A DNA stretch of 14,971 nucleotides from Oligoflexus sp. (GCA_041736305.1 JBGSTX010000254.1:1-14971), one strand, 5' to 3'; positions 1 through 8,258 are shown, numbered from the stretch's first letter. Made by a program: numbers and translations. Notes: generated from the sequence alone by a model not told the origin.

Positions 1-1280
1 TCCACGCGGTAGAAACGCTCAAATATACGCGGCTGATCCTGTGGTGCTATACCTATGCCGGTATCCTTGAGAGCCAGCTCCACATAGGAGCGGTCGCGCT
101 TGATGGTGATCTCAATGCGACCATTCTGAGGAGTATAGTGCACAGCATTATTGAGGAGATTGTCGAGGATATGCGACATCGGTTTGCGACTGCCCTTGAC
201 CCGCATACTCTCGCCTTCAAAGCTGACGTTTAGCGAGATATTCTTCGAGTCGAGTTTGATCTGATGACGGCTGATAGCTTCCTGGATAATAGGCTTCCAG
301 TCGACAGGTTCGAGGTCCACAGCCCCTTCGTTGGCTTCGATCGTCGCGAGACGCAGAAGGTCGTTGACGAGGTTAGACATCCTCTCGACATTAGCCTCGA
401 TGATGCCGAGAAAACGCAGATTGTTGCTGGAATCGCTCAGAGCGCCCCCGAGCAGAGTGTCGACATAACCCTTGATGGAGGTCAAGGGGGTCTTCAATTC
501 GTGGGAGACATTGCTCGAAAACTCGCGACGAATCTGCTCCATTTTTTCGCGCCGCGAAATGTTTGCCTGAACCGCTTCGGCTAAGCGATTGATTGCATCG
601 CCGAGACTCCCCATCTCGTTTTTAGGTAGCTGACGAATACGCGCCGCGTAGTTGCCGCGGCTGATGGCTTCGGCAACTTTGGTCATTTCGGCTACGGGAC
701 CTGTAACCCGCCGAACGAGCAGGAAGGCGACGAGCAGTGAGAGGATCATGCCCATGCTCGCGCCGATCGCGAGAGCGGAAAAAATTTCGGTCAAGCGCGT
801 TTGAATGTCGCCGATGGGCACGCCGAGTCGAATGAAAAGCGGGCCTTTGGCGGTATCGGTCTTCTTTGCAGTATAGAGAGTCTGAGACTCCTTCAGATCG
901 CTATAGCGCTTAGCGATGCCGATATGATCCGCTGCTGCCTGCCGCAATTCAGGGCGGCTCGAGTGATTTTCAGAACTGTTGATTTCTTCGACCTCGGATT
1001 CCATGAGAATCTGGCCCTTCTCATCGAGCACTGTAAGTCTCGTCTTGGTCGCTTGAGCGAGGCGTACGAGCTTCTTGATCGTCTCAGGCTCCCGCCAAGA
1101 CAAGCCGTCCTCGAAGTAGGCCTCAAAGAGAAGGAGCTTTTCTTGAAGCCCTTCCATTGTGTTGCGTTCAACAAATTGTTCAGCTTTGATGACGAGGAGG
1201 TAACTGACGATAAAAGTCGTAAAGCCGATGATGAGGACGTAGGAGAGAAAGTTTTTCCAGAATAGTCGCGAGCGGATCAT
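1..1280 (-). CDS. phoR: Sensor histidine kinase, PhoR-like (TM-periplasmic domain-TM-HAMP-HisKA-HATPase), 3' end truncated by the window edge
   Basis: Not in the ORF track because there is no stop codon in the window. Hand translation from ATG at 1280 is open to the edge: MIRSRLFWKNFLSYVLIIGFTTFIVSYLLVI (TM1), ENHSSRPEL..RYS (motif of PhoR-type extracytoplasmic domains), TM2 SALAIGASMGMILSLLVAFLLV, HAMP (GPVAEMTKVAEAISRGNY..NEMGSLGDAINRLAE), H-box EFSSNVSHELKTPLTSIKGYVDTLL (His codon 501-503), N-box ILDNLLNNAVHYT, G1 DTGIG, F-box IFERFYRV. ATGA overlap with the regulator stop. The family call is firm; the phoR symbol is tentative. Confidence 0.9.
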   Translation of the reverse strand, partial: MIRSRLFWKNFLSYVLIIGFTTFIVSYLLVIKAEQFVERNTMEGLQEKLLLFEAYFEDGLSWREPETIKKLVRLAQATKTRLTVLDEKGQILMESEVEEINSSENHSSRPELRQAAADHIGIAKRYSDLKESQTLYTAKKTDTAKGPLFIRLGVPIGDIQTRLTEIFSALAIGASMGMILSLLVAFLLVRRVTGPVAEMTKVAEAISRGNYAARIRQLPKNEMGSLGDAINRLAEAVQANISRREKMEQIRREFSSNVSHELKTPLTSIKGYVDTLLGGALSDSSNNLRFLGIIEANVERMSNLVNDLLRLATIEANEGAVDLEPVDWKPIIQEAISRHQIKLDSKNISLNVSFEGESMRVKGSRKPMSHILDNLLNNAVHYTPQNGRIEITIKRDRSYVELALKDTGIGIAPQDQPRIFERFYRV

Positions 1281-1969
1281 GGAGCCTCTCGAAACTTATA
1301 CCCTAGACCTCGCACTGTTTCGATAAGATCGCGAGCCTCACCCAGTTTCTTGCGAATCGATCGCACGTGGACGTCGATATTACGATCGATCAAAACACCT
1401 TCGCCACGGGTAACGGCATCGAGCAGACGATCCCGCGAGAGGACTATGCCCGGTCTTGAAATGAGCGCGTCGAAGAGCCGGAATTCGGCCAGAGTCATCG
1501 CCACCTGGCTGCCCTGAACGCGGACTCGAAAGCGAGCTCTATCCACCTCGACTTCGCCTTGGCGGACAACGTCGTCACTCGTGTGCAGTGGCTCGGTATT
1601 AGGCATAACGCGAAGGCGCGTGTATATGCGAGCGATAAGCTCTTTGACGCCAAAGGGCTTGGTCATGTAGTCGTCGGCACCTACACCAAGTCCGAAAACA
1701 ACATCGGTTTCCTCGGCTTTAGCCGTCAGCATAATAATGGGGACAGAGCGGCGTTCTGGGTGTTCGCGCAGCTTTTTGCACACTTCGATACCGGTGAGCA
1801 TGGGTAGCATGAGGTCAAGGACAATCAGATCGAATTTGCGCTGGAGAGCCACATCGAGACCTTCTTGCCCATTATCGCAAACGCAGAGTTCGAAACCTTC
1901 GCGAGACAAGTTGTAGGCCAGTAATTCGCGAATATCAGGATCGTCTTCGATAACTAATATGCTCTTCAC
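1277..1969 (-). CDS. phoB: OmpR/PhoB-family DNA-binding response regulator (PhoB/PhoP-like)
   Basis: Receiver domain ILVIEDD..DLIVLDLMLP..PIIMLTAK..GADDYMTKPF and winged helix DRNIDVHVRSIRKKLG..IETVRGLGYKF. I moved the start from the track's TTG 2035 to GTG at 1969: it is preceded by TAGGA, gives 230 aa (typical size), and begins right at the receiver domain. The symbol is tentative. Confidence 0.9.
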   Translation of the reverse strand: MKSILVIEDDPDIRELLAYNLSREGFELCVCDNGQEGLDVALQRKFDLIVLDLMLPMLTGIEVCKKLREHPERRSVPIIMLTAKAEETDVVFGLGVGADDYMTKPFGVKELIARIYTRLRVMPNTEPLHTSDDVVRQGEVEVDRARFRVRVQGSQVAMTLAEFRLFDALISRPGIVLSRDRLLDAVTRGEGVLIDRNIDVHVRSIRKKLGEARDLIETVRGLGYKFREAP

Positions 1970-2006
1970 GGAGTGTCCTACCGTAATTGATTTATGAGTC
2001 GCCTTT

Positions 2007-2045
2007 GATATAGCCGCCCTTCTGATGAATTGCAAAGGATTTGCA
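2007..2045 (-). promoter_or_regulatory. Candidate sigma70 promoter plus operator for the regulator/kinase pair
   Basis: On the minus strand TTGCAA (2035-2030) - 17 nt - TATATC (2012-2007). It overlaps the inverted repeat TGCAAA-GGA-TTTGCA (2031-2045), and an AT-rich tract lies further upstream (2071-2110). The -10 lacks the conserved final T. Confidence 0.3.
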
Positions 2046-2107
2046 TAAAGCTTCTCTGAGGCGCTGGAGGGTAATTATAAGTGTTTGAAATTAATTAATA
2101 ATATGAA

Positions 2108-3154
2108 TTAAACCGAAGTTAACAGATTAAAAATTTTTGGTAAAGACCCAGGCTCTATCCAGTCGACGTGTAAAGGCAGAGTATAAATAGGAATTCCAAG
2201 ATCTGCAAATGCCTCAGGCGCACGCCAATAGTCTTTCTCGCTGGTGAGCAGTCCGTCGGCCTCTGTAGCCGCCGCCTTCAGAAGATTGAAGTCGAAGCGT
2301 TCGTGATCGCCGACCAGATGCCGACGGATGATGGAAAAGCCTTGGGCCTCGAGACTTCGTTCCAGGCGCTCGGGACGGGCGAGGCCTAAGGCTAGCAGCC
2401 AGCGCTTGGGTTGATGGCTTGGATGCGAGGGCTCCTTGCCGACCATCAAAACGGGAGAACCATCGGCAAAACGAGCTCTGAATGAAGGCAAATCCCAGCG
2501 TTTAATGAGTTGAAGAGCCGAAGCGGCTGGAAAGTCCGCATCAGCGCGCGTGAATATCACTGCATCAGCGCGGCGAAGCGCTGAAAAAGGCTCGCGGAGA
2601 CGACCGGCAGGAAGACACCAACCCGTATCGAAGGGTCGACGGGCATCGAGCAGGACTAGATCGAGATCGCGTTTGATACTCAGATGCTGAAAGCCATCGT
2701 CGAGAATCCAGTGAGTCGGCGCTGGGAATTTGCTCAAGAAACGCTGCGCAGCACGAAAGCGAAGGCTACCGACAATAATGGGAACTGTGGCGAGACGAAC
2801 AGCTTGCATACGTGCTTCATCCGGATTTACCGTGGGCGAGTTCTCTGGCGGCAACACGAGCTCGGCCCCCAGCAGAACCAAGGAGTCCTTTGGATGCAAT
2901 CCACTTCGATAGCCGCGTGTCAAAACTGCAGGTCTAGCGCCGATGCTCTCTAGATAGCGGCATACTTCGATAACCAGTGGGCTCTTGCCTGTCCCACCAA
3001 GTTCAATATTGCCAATAGAGATCACCTTCCCGGGTAATCGGTGGCTGCTAAAAATTTGCCGCTGGTACGCGAAAGCGCGCAAGCATTGCAATAGGCTGTA
3101 AAAAAGGGAGAAAGGCAGGGCTAAGGGAAAAAGGAACTTTTGCCAGCCACTCAC
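2108..3154 (-). CDS. lpxK: Tetraacyldisaccharide 4'-kinase (lipid A biosynthesis)
   Basis: N-terminal amphipathic/hydrophobic helix, P-loop VISIGNIELGGTGKSP, LTRGY, DE(A), ILDDGFQH, LPAGRLREP, DH and TSEKD motifs are characteristic of LpxK. 348 aa; GTG start with GGAG upstream. Confidence 0.95.
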   Translation of the reverse strand: MSGWQKFLFPLALPFSLFYSLLQCLRAFAYQRQIFSSHRLPGKVISIGNIELGGTGKSPLVIEVCRYLESIGARPAVLTRGYRSGLHPKDSLVLLGAELVLPPENSPTVNPDEARMQAVRLATVPIIVGSLRFRAAQRFLSKFPAPTHWILDDGFQHLSIKRDLDLVLLDARRPFDTGWCLPAGRLREPFSALRRADAVIFTRADADFPAASALQLIKRWDLPSFRARFADGSPVLMVGKEPSHPSHQPKRWLLALGLARPERLERSLEAQGFSIIRRHLVGDHERFDFNLLKAAATEADGLLTSEKDYWRAPEAFADLGIPIYTLPLHVDWIEPGSLPKIFNLLTSV

Positions 3155-3310
3155 AGGTAGGCTCCTTCAGCAGGCAAAACAGGCTTGAGTTGGGCTCGGA
3201 AAAGCATATATAGCCTCTTACAAAATGGCGCATGTGCTTTCCGCACGATAGGTCAAGATACGACAAAAATCAAAGGTATTCAGTAGCTAGGCCTAGCCCA
3301 CTTTTAGGAT

Positions 3311-3337
3311 TGATATTGATAAGCATTTTCAATATCA
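3311..3337 (+). promoter_or_regulatory. Fur box (iron-responsive operator)
   Basis: GATATTGATAAGCATTTTC (3312-3330) matches GATAATGATAATCATTATC at 16/19. It lies inside the inverted repeat TGATATTGA-N9-TCAATATCA (3311-3337), about 50 nt upstream of a siderophore operon, and overlaps -35-like TTGATA hexamers at 3310 and 3316. Confidence 0.85.
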
Positions 3338-3385
3338 CTAAAGCTCAGTCTGTGTTGTGATAGATATCGGAGGATATTGCCCCTC

Positions 3386-4756
3386 ATGGCTTTGCGCGCA
3401 AAACAATTTTCTAGACTCTATACTTGGCATAGGATCGCTGGTCTCTATCTTTTACCTCATCTCTTGGTTCTGATGGTGACGGGAACTATTCTGGTATTCC
3501 GTCACGAGCTGGGGCCTGAAAAGAAGACCTTCACTGAAGCTGCCATCCTCCCAGAAAAATATGTTCCGCTGCAAGCGATCTTCGATGCGAGTCTTAAACT
3601 CTACCCGCGAGATGTGCCTGTAGCCTTCGATTTCGATCATGACAACGATCGTCTGCTCACGGTCCGGATGGGACTGGATGGTTCCAAGGCTTTCAAGGGC
3701 GCGCGGCGAGTCCTCTTCGATCGAGCTACCGGAGAGCATCTCGACAACGATAAGCCGAAGACAGAACATTGGACTGAATTTGTCCTGCGCCTACACCGAG
3801 AGTTCCTCCTCGGATTTTATGGCAAACTCTATGTGAGTTGGATAGGACTGGTCTTCGCCTTTGTTCTCGTAGCGGGCTTCATCGTCTATGGTCCTTTAAT
3901 GAAGCGGCGAAGTTTTGGCAGTATGCGCATTAGCAGTCCTAAGCGCTGGAATCGCTCTGACATTCATAAGACCTTCGGTATGAGTATCTTCGCCTGGTGT
4001 CTGCTTATGGGCTTAACAGGCCTCTTTCTCGGACTGAGTGGGCAGTTGCTAAAGGTTTTCCAAGCCACGACGCTGAAGAAGTTTCAGGCGCAGAGTGCCG
4101 AGCTTGATCCATCGCAAGCTGTGCTTTCGATAGACGCTGCCTTGAAGAAGGCCCAGGAGCTGCTGCCAGAGGGTCACCTGAGTTTTATCGCACTGCCTGA
4201 CACTCAGTTTGCGACGCCCAGGCATTATATATTCGTGCTGGACGGGGCGGAGACTTGGAATGAGCGTTTGAGTCAGCTGGTCTTGGTGGACGCCGTGGAC
4301 CCTGACGCAAAAGCTCAAATTCAAGAGCTACCCTGGTACCTCCAGGCTTTGGTCCTCTCGGAACCGCTTCATTTCGGCGATTACGGTGGACTGGCTCTTA
4401 AGATTATCTGGTCTATACTCGGCGTAGCTTCCTTGATCCTGCCGCTCTCCGGTTTCAGCAGCTATCTTCAGAAGAGGAAGCAGAAGAAAGCTAAGCAGCG
4501 AGGCGGAGAAATTATTCTGCCGGTGCAGCTCGGAGCTGCATTCGCTCGTCCCTATCTTCTGCCTTGCCTCATGTTTGTCCTCAGTCTTAGCGGTCTTATT
4601 GGAGCTCTGCTTTTGGATGGGATCCTCGATTCCGTCGCCATCGCTCTACTTGCCCTACCTCTCGCTATCCTCGGCTTCCTTGCCTTCGCCTGGAAATCTG
4701 GTGGGCGGACCCTTCCCAAAAAAACGACGATTATTCCGCCTCGGAAAGTGAGCTGA
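3386..4756 (+). CDS. PepSY-associated TM-helix inner membrane protein (iron-regulated, FoxB/PiuB-like putative ferric-siderophore reductase) with extra C-terminal TM pair
   Basis: Four family-typical His motifs: WHRIAGL, LRLHREFL, SDIHKTFG, EPLHFGDYGG. Also VTGTILVF and LTGLFL helices and two soluble PepSY-like segments. The RBS GGAGGA at 3369-3374 is too close to TTG 3377, so ATG 3386 is preferred. Confidence 0.88.
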   Translation: MALRAKQFSRLYTWHRIAGLYLLPHLLVLMVTGTILVFRHELGPEKKTFTEAAILPEKYVPLQAIFDASLKLYPRDVPVAFDFDHDNDRLLTVRMGLDGSKAFKGARRVLFDRATGEHLDNDKPKTEHWTEFVLRLHREFLLGFYGKLYVSWIGLVFAFVLVAGFIVYGPLMKRRSFGSMRISSPKRWNRSDIHKTFGMSIFAWCLLMGLTGLFLGLSGQLLKVFQATTLKKFQAQSAELDPSQAVLSIDAALKKAQELLPEGHLSFIALPDTQFATPRHYIFVLDGAETWNERLSQLVLVDAVDPDAKAQIQELPWYLQALVLSEPLHFGDYGGLALKIIWSILGVASLILPLSGFSSYLQKRKQKKAKQRGGEIILPVQLGAAFARPYLLPCLMFVLSLSGLIGALLLDGILDSVAIALLALPLAILGFLAFAWKSGGRTLPKKTTIIPPRKVS

Positions 4757-4760
4757 GCCG

Positions 4761-7001
4761 ATGAAATATTATTTCGCAAACTCTTTGATCCTCGGGATGT
4801 TTCTCGCCCATAGCCCATTCGGGCTGCTTCAAGCTGAGGAGAAAGAACGAATTGTAGTCAGCGCTTCGCGCCAGAAGGAAAGTCTGAAGTCGGTGCCCTC
4901 TACCGTGCAAGTGCTCGGAAAAGACGATCTCGATAGGCTAGCGGGTGAAGGCGCCAGTCTTGGTGAAATACTCGGTCGCCTAGTGCCAGGCCTCGGAGCT
5001 CCTACTCAGAGCGTCTCGTCTTACGGTCAAACTTTACGGGGCCGAGAAGCACTCATCGTTATCGATGGCATTCCACAGTCTGAGAATCGGCAGGTTTCAC
5101 GACAACTCGGTACGATTCGACCCGAACTGATCGAGCGCATCGAAGTCATTTCTGGAGCCAATGCTGTCTACGGATCAGGAGCACCTGGCGGGGTGATTCA
5201 CATCTTCACGCGCACGCCCAGCGATCGGGAACTAGCTTTTTCCACCAAGTTGGGCGTTTCCGTAGCCGATCGACCCATGGATAGTCGAAGTGCAGTTTAC
5301 GACGCCAGCCAAGAGGTTTCGGGGACCCTCGGTGAGTTTCAATACCTGGCTGCGGTGGGAGTGGAATCGCGAGCCAATAGCTTCGATGCGAAGGGCAAGC
5401 AGATCGCTCCGGAGCCTGCGCAGACGAGCAGTGGCGATAGTTTGGCGCGGGAAGCAATGGTAAAGCTCGCGTGGGCTTTAAGTGAAAAGAGTTCGCTGGA
5501 ACTTAATGGGCAGTTTTACAGCTCAGAGCAGGACAGCAAATACTATGCGGCCCTTGCACCTTACCGTGCAGAATCTGGGCTCGAGCTGAGTCGCCAGCCG
5601 CTGTCCAGTCGCTACCAGCTTTCGCTTAACTATACGCAGAACGAATTTCTTGGCCAAGAGCTCAGCGTGATAGCCTATCATCGCGCTAGGCTTTATCGCT
5701 TTTTTCCCTTCGCACTTACCCAACCCGTGCCGCTCGTGAATCAGTCGGAATCAAAAGCTGCTTTGTCTGGAATCAAACTTAGTCTTAGCAGCCAGATAAA
5801 CGATCAGGTCTCTCTCATATGGGGGGTTGATTATGAGCAGGAAAGCGGCAGTCAATCGGCTCGTAGCTATGACTACGCCGCCTATCAGCAGAGTGCAGGC
5901 AGGGTTTATGAAAATCCCACTGAGCCCTATGACTATGGCCCAGACGTCGATACTCAGAAGACTGGAATATTCGCTCAGTTCAAGTGGCTCATGATGGAGG
6001 ATCTTCAGTCTCGTTTTGGACTTCGCTACGAGCTTATCTCACAAAAAGTTCATGATTTCAATCCACCGCTTGAGACAGCCCTCCAGCGCAATTGGGGAAC
6101 TGTCCTCGCTCGGGCGGGACAGCTTGAAGCCGCAGGTCAGATTCCGAGTGGGACTGTAGCTTCACTCCCTTCTACTTATCCGCTCAGCAGTTTTCCTGGC
6201 GGGACTCTCGACTACGATGCGAAAGCCTTTAATCTCGGGATGACTTACGACCTAAGTCCCGCCCAGAGTCTTTTCTTTCAAGCTTCGCAGGGCTACGAGC
6301 TGGCGGATACCGCGCGGCTGATGCGTGATGCCATTGCGGAAACTAGTCTCTTGCCGACCGTCGGGCCACTTTTCAAGCTGAGCCTGACGACCTCGACAGT
6401 AGAAGATCTTGAAGCTGCTACTATCGGTACTAGCAACTTTGAGATGGGCTGGCGTGGCATTTGGTCCTCGTTCAGTGGAAACTTTGCTATCTTCTTTAAC
6501 CAGTCTGATAAGACCTATCGCTTCAATCGGGACTTTACGGTTGACCTTCTCAAGCAAAAGAAGCGCATTTACGGCTATGAAACGGATCTCAACTGGCGTC
6601 TCAGTGAAAGCTATAGCCTGGGTACAAGCTACAGCAGTAGTAAGGGTGAAATGGATACAGATTCCGGAGAGGAGGCTCTCCCTGCCGTGGAAGTTTCTCC
6701 CGCTAAGTGGACCGTCTTCACTGAATATCGTACCGGCAGCAATTTCAATCTGCGGGTTCAGCTGGCCCAACTCAGCGATTATACCGCATCCGAAATCGAT
6801 ACTGATGGCTATAGCGTAGTTGATGCCTTTGCCACTTACCACTTCGCCTTGCATTCCCGCCTTCAGGCAGGGGTCGAGAATGTCCTAGGTGAAAATTATA
6901 AAACGATTTTCCATCAGTGGGCCGAAGAAACTTATGGCCAAAGCTCGGGAGCTCCCGCCAGCGGCAGGCGTATCAGCCTCGCTTATCTAGTGGAATTCTA
7001 A
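4761..7001 (+). CDS. iutA: TonB-dependent ferric siderophore receptor, IutA/RhtA-like
   Basis: Signal peptide, TonB box ERIVVSASR, plug motifs QTLRGREALIVIDGIPQ and IERIEVISGANAVYGSGAPGGVIHIFT, C-terminal AGVENVLGENY..GRRISLAYLVEF with terminal Phe. Lies in an operon with iucABCD. The symbol rests on plug resemblance and context. Confidence 0.9.
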   Translation: MKYYFANSLILGMFLAHSPFGLLQAEEKERIVVSASRQKESLKSVPSTVQVLGKDDLDRLAGEGASLGEILGRLVPGLGAPTQSVSSYGQTLRGREALIVIDGIPQSENRQVSRQLGTIRPELIERIEVISGANAVYGSGAPGGVIHIFTRTPSDRELAFSTKLGVSVADRPMDSRSAVYDASQEVSGTLGEFQYLAAVGVESRANSFDAKGKQIAPEPAQTSSGDSLAREAMVKLAWALSEKSSLELNGQFYSSEQDSKYYAALAPYRAESGLELSRQPLSSRYQLSLNYTQNEFLGQELSVIAYHRARLYRFFPFALTQPVPLVNQSESKAALSGIKLSLSSQINDQVSLIWGVDYEQESGSQSARSYDYAAYQQSAGRVYENPTEPYDYGPDVDTQKTGIFAQFKWLMMEDLQSRFGLRYELISQKVHDFNPPLETALQRNWGTVLARAGQLEAAGQIPSGTVASLPSTYPLSSFPGGTLDYDAKAFNLGMTYDLSPAQSLFFQASQGYELADTARLMRDAIAETSLLPTVGPLFKLSLTTSTVEDLEAATIGTSNFEMGWRGIWSSFSGNFAIFFNQSDKTYRFNRDFTVDLLKQKKRIYGYETDLNWRLSESYSLGTSYSSSKGEMDTDSGEEALPAVEVSPAKWTVFTEYRTGSNFNLRVQLAQLSDYTASEIDTDGYSVVDAFATYHFALHSRLQAGVENVLGENYKTIFHQWAEETYGQSSGAPASGRRISLAYLVEF

Positions 7002-7004
7002 AAA

Positions 7005-8258
7005 ATGGGGCAGGAATTGTTAAAGCCTCGAGAGTCTGACGTGCGGCCGCTGGCAAAGCCGCAGCGGCCTCCACGCTTTGTCTATCTGGCCTGTGGGCTC
7101 TTTAGTGCCCATCAAGCGAGTCTGTTTGGACTCTACGCTTTTCTTGCGCCTGAATTGGGGGTATCGCTTCCCCAGCTCATCGGCGCCTTTGCTTTCGGAT
7201 CGTTCCTTTTTCTCTTCGGGCAGCCCTACTGGGCTTACAAAGGGCTGGTATGGAGCCGCGAACGCGCGATTCTCATCGGCCAGCTAGGTCAGCTGCTATC
7301 TCTCTTGGCGCTCATTTTTCTGCCGAATATCCGTGCGCATGTGTCTCCTCAGGCCATGCTTATATTCGTCTTTGCCAGCCGCCTCGTCTATGGCCTGACA
7401 GCATCGGCCATTATACCGTCTGCACAGTCTCTGCTCGCCGAAAGCAGTCGCGAAGGCGAGTACATGCGCTCGATGACAGCGCAGAGTATAGCTCTCAATA
7501 TGGGGCGCGTCTTAGGTCCGGTATCTGTCCTCATTCTTGCGCCCTGGGCACCAGCTGCAGTACTACCGGTTTACGCGGTTTTACTGCTGGCCTGCATAGC
7601 GTTGGCTCCCAAGACAGGCGCTAAGAGTAAAGTAGAAGAATCTAGCTCAGGTGGCTTTCACCTCAATCACCTGCTCCCTGATGGAGGGGCAGCTCGCTGG
7701 ATCTTTGCCCTGGCACTCTTTCTGACAACTTACGTGGCTCTTATCCAGTCGAGTCTCGGAGCTGCGATGGAAATCTTCTGGGGAATGAACCCTCAAGAAG
7801 TAGCCAAAGAGGTCGCTCTGCTCACGATAATTGGTGGCCTGATTACGGTAGCGGTGCAGACCTATCTCAGAAAGCGCATAAAGGACCCAAGAAAAGGTGT
7901 GCTCATGTTCGCTGGTGGAGCAGCTATGCTGGCTTCGGCCGTAGTCATGCAGAATCTGAACCAATACTGGCAGCTGTTGCTCGGGATTATTTTCATGGCG
8001 CTCGGCATCGCGGTACTGGTGCCTAGCTATCTTACGGCTATGAATCTGCACTATGCCGGTAAAAGTAGTCAGGCCGCAGGCAATCTTGGGGTGGCTCAAA
8101 CTCTGGGCTTTGCCTTGGGTGGCGCGATCAGCGCCCTAGCTCTCTCGCATGCGGTACATTTGCCTTTTATACTCGCTCTGCTCGTGGCGGTGCTGATGTG
8201 CGGCGCAGTTTTACCGATCAGGCTGCTACGCAGTCCCCAGAAGGGTAGGCATCTATGA
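7005..8258 (+). CDS. MFS transporter, probable siderophore exporter (ShiF-like position)
   Basis: 417 aa with about 12 hydrophobic segments and MFS motifs SRLVYGLTASAIIPSAQS and MGRVLGP. It lies directly upstream of iucA with an ATGA overlap, as shiF does in enterobacterial aerobactin loci. Confidence 0.85.
   Translation: MGQELLKPRESDVRPLAKPQRPPRFVYLACGLFSAHQASLFGLYAFLAPELGVSLPQLIGAFAFGSFLFLFGQPYWAYKGLVWSRERAILIGQLGQLLSLLALIFLPNIRAHVSPQAMLIFVFASRLVYGLTASAIIPSAQSLLAESSREGEYMRSMTAQSIALNMGRVLGPVSVLILAPWAPAAVLPVYAVLLLACIALAPKTGAKSKVEESSSGGFHLNHLLPDGGAARWIFALALFLTTYVALIQSSLGAAMEIFWGMNPQEVAKEVALLTIIGGLITVAVQTYLRKRIKDPRKGVLMFAGGAAMLASAVVMQNLNQYWQLLLGIIFMALGIAVLVPSYLTAMNLHYAGKSSQAAGNLGVAQTLGFALGGAISALALSHAVHLPFILALLVAVLMCGAVLPIRLLRSPQKGRHL

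Noticed and set aside
264..1265. Plus-strand ORFs 264-584 and 801-1265, and minus-strand ORF 893-1174
   Set aside because: They are antisense or off-frame shadows of the histidine kinase, which occupies 1-1280 on the minus strand with complete motifs.
1970..2035. 22-aa N-terminal extension of the response regulator in the ORF track
   Set aside because: GTG 1969 has an RBS-like sequence and gives a canonical length, and the extension overlaps the probable promoter.
2071..2110. AT-rich palindrome ATTAATTAAT after the lpxK stop
   Set aside because: Low-complexity AT tract; at most a UP-like element, with no specific function supportable.
3048..3266. 72-aa minus-strand ORF as a leader peptide or small gene
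   Set aside because: It overlaps lpxK by over 100 nt in another frame and has no recognisable motif or RBS.
6252..6854. 200-aa antisense ORF and 136-aa off-frame ORF inside the receptor gene
   Set aside because: No recognisable domain; such shadow ORFs are expected within a long gene at this GC content.
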